Shown: positions 27,808 through 32,000 of the stretch, one piece after another | How positions within the stretch are numbered: the first letter of the stretch is position 1 | How the letters are laid out: every line of letters starts with the position of its first letter | Assembly (NCBI GenBank): GCA_000175855.1 | Contig: ACYB01000019.1 | Coordinates: 1-32,000 of the forward strand | DNA: 32,000 nt | Source of the DNA: Raphidiopsis brookii D9 | GTDB taxonomy: Bacteria; Cyanobacteriota; Cyanobacteriia; Cyanobacteriales; Nostocaceae | Reading direction: 5' to 3' | The notes under the pieces: generated by a model | Databases searched by the model: none | Told to the model about the DNA's origin: nothing | The model's input: only the letters and a program-made list of their open reading frames with translations | Position numbers and translations under genes: made by a program

Positions 27808-28542
27808 CTAATAAATGGGCAATCGAGAAAGCAAGGAAAAAACCCCAAAACCCACTAATAATGCACCACTAACTGGGTTTATCCAACCTGACCACCGACG
27901 GAATTCCAGCAGTTTTTTAATGGTCGCAGTAAAAGTACCTGCCAAAATTAATGGTGTTACATATCCAGCTGTATATGCTAGTAACAAAAATGCCCCTAAT
28001 AGTAAATCTTGACTGTTGGCAACCCAACCTAACAAACTGGCTAGTACGGGAGTGCTACAGGGGGAAGCAACTAACCCGAAGGTTAATCCTATAAAATAAG
28101 AACGAACTCCGGATGGCATGTCATTAGATATCCAATTGGTTTCACCCCAGGATGGAAATTGTAAGGGTAGAGCTTCTAATAGGTTTAAACCCATAATAAT
28201 CGCCAAAATACTCACAATGATTGGTAGTCCCATTCCTACCTGACCATAAACCTTTCCTACCAAACCAGCTAGGATACCTAAACCCGCTAATGTGGTTGCT
28301 AGTCCTAATGCGAACCAGGTAGATTGTGCAGCAGCTTGTAATCGGGTTTTAGCTTCATATCCTCCAATATAGCCAATAGTAATTGGCAACATGGATAACA
28401 TGCAAGGGGTTAAACTAGTTAGCAAGCCAGCAAGAAAGATAATAGCGATACTAGTGATTGTTAGATGATTTAGTTGTTGAGCAACTAGGATATTAGCGAA
28501 TTGTTCCAGATGATAAATTTGGGTTTGCAGGTTTTCCAGCAT
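27808..28542 (-). CDS. ccdA: Cytochrome c biogenesis protein CcdA; start likely 28542
   Basis: LTSLTPCMLSMLPITIGYIGG, LTFGLVASPCSTPVLASLLG paired-Cys membrane motifs. Confidence 0.9.
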   Translation of the reverse strand: MLENLQTQIYHLEQFANILVAQQLNHLTITSIAIIFLAGLLTSLTPCMLSMLPITIGYIGGYEAKTRLQAAAQSTWFALGLATTLAGLGILAGLVGKVYGQVGMGLPIIVSILAIIMGLNLLEALPLQFPSWGETNWISNDMPSGVRSYFIGLTFGLVASPCSTPVLASLLGWVANSQDLLLGAFLLLAYTAGYVTPLILAGTFTATIKKLLEFRRWSGWINPVSGALLVGFGVFSLLSRLPIY

Positions 28543-28694
28543 AGCTTGTCTTTTGGGGAGGTGTTTGTATTTTAGCTCAATTCTTGCCAAAAGGGGGAGA
28601 ACCCAAGAGGGGGAGAATAATATAAAATGTAAGCTAGATTATAATTATTTAGATATTTTTTGAGGTTCTCCGCGTAAATTACCAACTTACTTAG

Positions 28695-29796
<1,102 letters not shown>

Positions 29797-30038
29797 TATG
29801 ATTTTTAAGAGATCCTTTGTTAGAGATTTGGATTGGTCTTGGCTTACTTGGTTGCGTTTACTATGAAAATTTTTGAACTACGAAGGAAAAAGTTTAACTT
29901 GTTTCCTGACCGTTGTCACATTCTAGTTTAGCACAAAACCTCTCGTCAAACCACTAGTTGAGAAACCAACAACAATTCTCATTTTAAAACATTTGTACTA
30001 AAAGTACTTCGATTTTTCCCCTGGGTGTGCCCTAACTA

Positions 30039-30374
30039 TCACATACGTGTAAGAGCTGATACTTTAGCTATCTTATCTACTTCTAGCCCCTCTAGATCTT
30101 TAATATGTAGCCAACCTTCCCTGACCAATTGGGCAAAAACAAATATCAACACAGAGTATCTATAGTCGTATTTGCCATCAATCTGATGCCTTCTTGCACT
30201 CAGGAAATCGTGTAATTGCCATATTTCATCTAGCTTTGTAAGCGTGCCAGCTTGCTCACGAACAGTTTCTATCAAGGCACTAATTTCTCGCTCATAAGCT
30301 CGATCAAAAGCTTTTCGAGCTAACTCCTTCTCTGTTGTAGACCACTCAATGTCATTCACTTGAACCATCCCCAT
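30039..30374 (-). CDS. frp: Fluorescence recovery protein (FRP)
   Basis: ORF 111 aa; WSTTEKELARKAFDRAYEREISALIETV...WQLHDFLSARRHQIDGKYDYRYSVLIFVFAQLVREGWL matches FRP; lies next to ocp. Confidence 0.88.
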   Translation of the reverse strand: MGMVQVNDIEWSTTEKELARKAFDRAYEREISALIETVREQAGTLTKLDEIWQLHDFLSARRHQIDGKYDYRYSVLIFVFAQLVREGWLHIKDLEGLEVDKIAKVSALTRM

Positions 30375-30552
30375 ATTAACTGTTAGTTCTCAAAATTAGT
30401 TGTCAAAATTAAAAATTACTTCCCAGGAGAAAGTGCTAGAGACCCTATAACTGCTATATAAAACCTAGACAAAACTAGACTTTACTTTCTACTTCAACGG
30501 GAGCGAGCGTTTATCCCTCAGTAGACTTGCACGCCTTAGCCAGACGCGATAA

Positions 30553-30588
30553 CACAATCATCCTCACTTGCAAGGGAGGATGATTGTG
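30553..30588 (-). other. Perfect 13-bp stem-loop between ocp and frp
   Basis: CACAATCATCCTC (30553-30565) / GAGGATGATTGTG (30576-30588), 10-nt loop ACTTGCAAGG. Confidence 0.75.
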
Positions 30589-30641
30589 CAAGCAGGAATT
30601 CTAACCCCTACTTACACAAGCTACACAAGCTAAAAACTACC

Positions 30642-31601
30642 CTAGCGCATTAAGTTCAGCAGTTCCTTAGGAGAAGCTAATAAGTCAATTGCAACAAAGA
30701 ATATCTTACCCTGAGGATTAAGCAAGAATCGCCAAGCGATATTCATTCCCACAGCAGCGCCAAACCAAGGAGTTTGTACTTTACCGGTCACTTTTATTTG
30801 AGTGTAACCATCTTCTACAGGTTCAGAAATTCCTCTTTCTGGAATCAGAGTCAGATTTTGACATTCCTCATTGAAAAATCTCGTAATGGCATCTCTGCCA
30901 ACTATAGGTTTTTGAAAAGGGGGTTGGAGAGCACCATCAGGAGCAAACAAATCAATTAAGGCACCAAAGTCATTAGCATTCAAATTATTTACATAACTTA
31001 GTACTGTTGAGTTAGTTACCCCTTCAATAGTAACTTGAGTCCGCTTTGACATTTCCGTGGGGACGACAACAGGTTCAGATATTCTGGTATAATCACCCAA
31101 CTTGTTTGGGTCAAATCCCATATCTACTACAGTACTGCGTAAAGTTGTAATTTGCTGTCCCTGGTCCATTTCCCTCAGTGCTTGTAACACTGCTGCTGCA
31201 TTGGGAGAAAGTTGGTATCCAGCTGGAATCGGAGCAACAATACCCTGTTCCATCCACTCACCCAGTTGATTCCAGAATCCTAGCTTGATATTAGGAGACC
31301 ATGCTGCGTAGGTGCGGCAAATTGGGGTATCGGCACTATTCGCCAAGTCACACATAGCCTGTGTTTGTTCAGGAAAAGACATTTGACGAATTTGATTCAA
31401 CGTAGTTTCTGCAAACTGCATGCTAGCAGCTCCTGGTGCGGCAATTGTAACGGTTTTGCCCATTTCAAGATAGGCAAACCAAATCCATGCTAGCTGATCT
31501 TCTGCACTGAGCTGCTTAAATCGGGCGATTGTGGCTGGTACTGCATCAGCAGACAGAGTTTGTGGAAAAATTCCACGAGCTGAGTCGATTGTAATTGCCA
31601 T
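30642..31601 (-). CDS. ocp: Orange carotenoid protein (OCP)
   Basis: ORF 319 aa; FPQTLSADAVPATIARFKQLSAEDQLAWIWFAYLEMGKT N-terminal carotenoid domain and NTF2-like C-terminal domain (VEDGYTQIKVTGKVQTPWFGAAVGMNIAWRFLLNPQGKIFFVAIDLLA). Confidence 0.95.
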   Translation of the reverse strand: MAITIDSARGIFPQTLSADAVPATIARFKQLSAEDQLAWIWFAYLEMGKTVTIAAPGAASMQFAETTLNQIRQMSFPEQTQAMCDLANSADTPICRTYAAWSPNIKLGFWNQLGEWMEQGIVAPIPAGYQLSPNAAAVLQALREMDQGQQITTLRSTVVDMGFDPNKLGDYTRISEPVVVPTEMSKRTQVTIEGVTNSTVLSYVNNLNANDFGALIDLFAPDGALQPPFQKPIVGRDAITRFFNEECQNLTLIPERGISEPVEDGYTQIKVTGKVQTPWFGAAVGMNIAWRFLLNPQGKIFFVAIDLLASPKELLNLMR

Positions 31602-31726
31602 CGTGTAAACCTATATCTTGAATTACATCACACAAGATTAAGGATCCCACAAAACTGAACCCAATTATCCTTTTAAATAAATAAAATTTAACTATTTTCT
31701 GCCAATATGGCAACCTAGAACGCCAC

Positions 31727-32000
31727 CTACCCATTAACAACTAGATGTCTTTTAATAACCAAAAACCAACTGAAAGTCATTCCTGAATTGTCCGGTTGCA
31801 CTAGTAAAAAATGCACCCCCTCACTTACTTTTTTACGTTGTTGATAAACTTTAGCAGCTGCTGTGACATCCGTGTCTGTAAAAGTTGCTACTATCCAGCG
31901 ATTCGTTGAACTAGACTGTAAAATCAATCCATCAGGAGCACCAGCAATATAGTTTAAACTAACTGGATTATTTTCACTTAACCATCTTGCTAAACGTAAA
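31727..32000 (-). CDS. Partial hypothetical protein running off the window end
   Basis: Frame stays open upstream of the ORF-track TTG start to the window edge: LRLARWLSENNPVSLNYIAGAPDGLILQSSSTNRWIVATFTDTDVTAAAKVYQQRKK... Confidence 0.6.
   Translation of the reverse strand, partial: LRLARWLSENNPVSLNYIAGAPDGLILQSSSTNRWIVATFTDTDVTAAAKVYQQRKKVSEGVHFLLVQPDNSGMTFSWFLVIKRHLVVNG

Noticed and set aside
31546-31740. 64-aa minus-strand ORF overlapping the ocp start
   Set aside because: Overlaps the OCP N-terminus and has no recognisable features; likely chance.

Overview
This 32 kb window looks like ordinary heterocystous-type cyanobacterial chromosome: 14 hand-counted HIP1 palindromes (GCGATCGC) plus cyanobacterial marker genes. 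Recognisable content: two glycosyltransferases; cysteine synthase and 1-Cys peroxiredoxin; DUF2214 and YgfZ/GcvT-like proteins; a daunorubicin-type ABC exporter pair; a phosphonate/phosphite-type ABC importer (phnC-phnD-phnE) behind a candidate Pho box; an alpha/beta hydrolase and UGT-type glycosyltransferase; a Uma2 protein; a 1337-aa STAND-type NTPase with exactly 14 WD40 repeats; mnmA; nnr; a metallophosphoesterase; murJ, which appears frameshifted; a small kinase-like protein; ResB/Ccs1 and CcdA; a decayed nifJ N-terminal fragment; infC; and the photoprotection pair frp and ocp. I see no CRISPR array, recognisable tRNA/rRNA gene or intact insertion sequence. I do not find strong evidence for a wholly new system. 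The observations most worth following are: the 14-blade WD40/STAND gene with almost identical DNA repeats and a structured leader; single-base frameshifts in murJ and in a small secreted protein gene; a hidden IS200/IS605 TnpA relic upstream of the STAND gene; the decayed nifJ fragment butting onto infC; intergenic stem-loops in phnD-phnE and ocp-frp; and a candidate Pho box before phnC.
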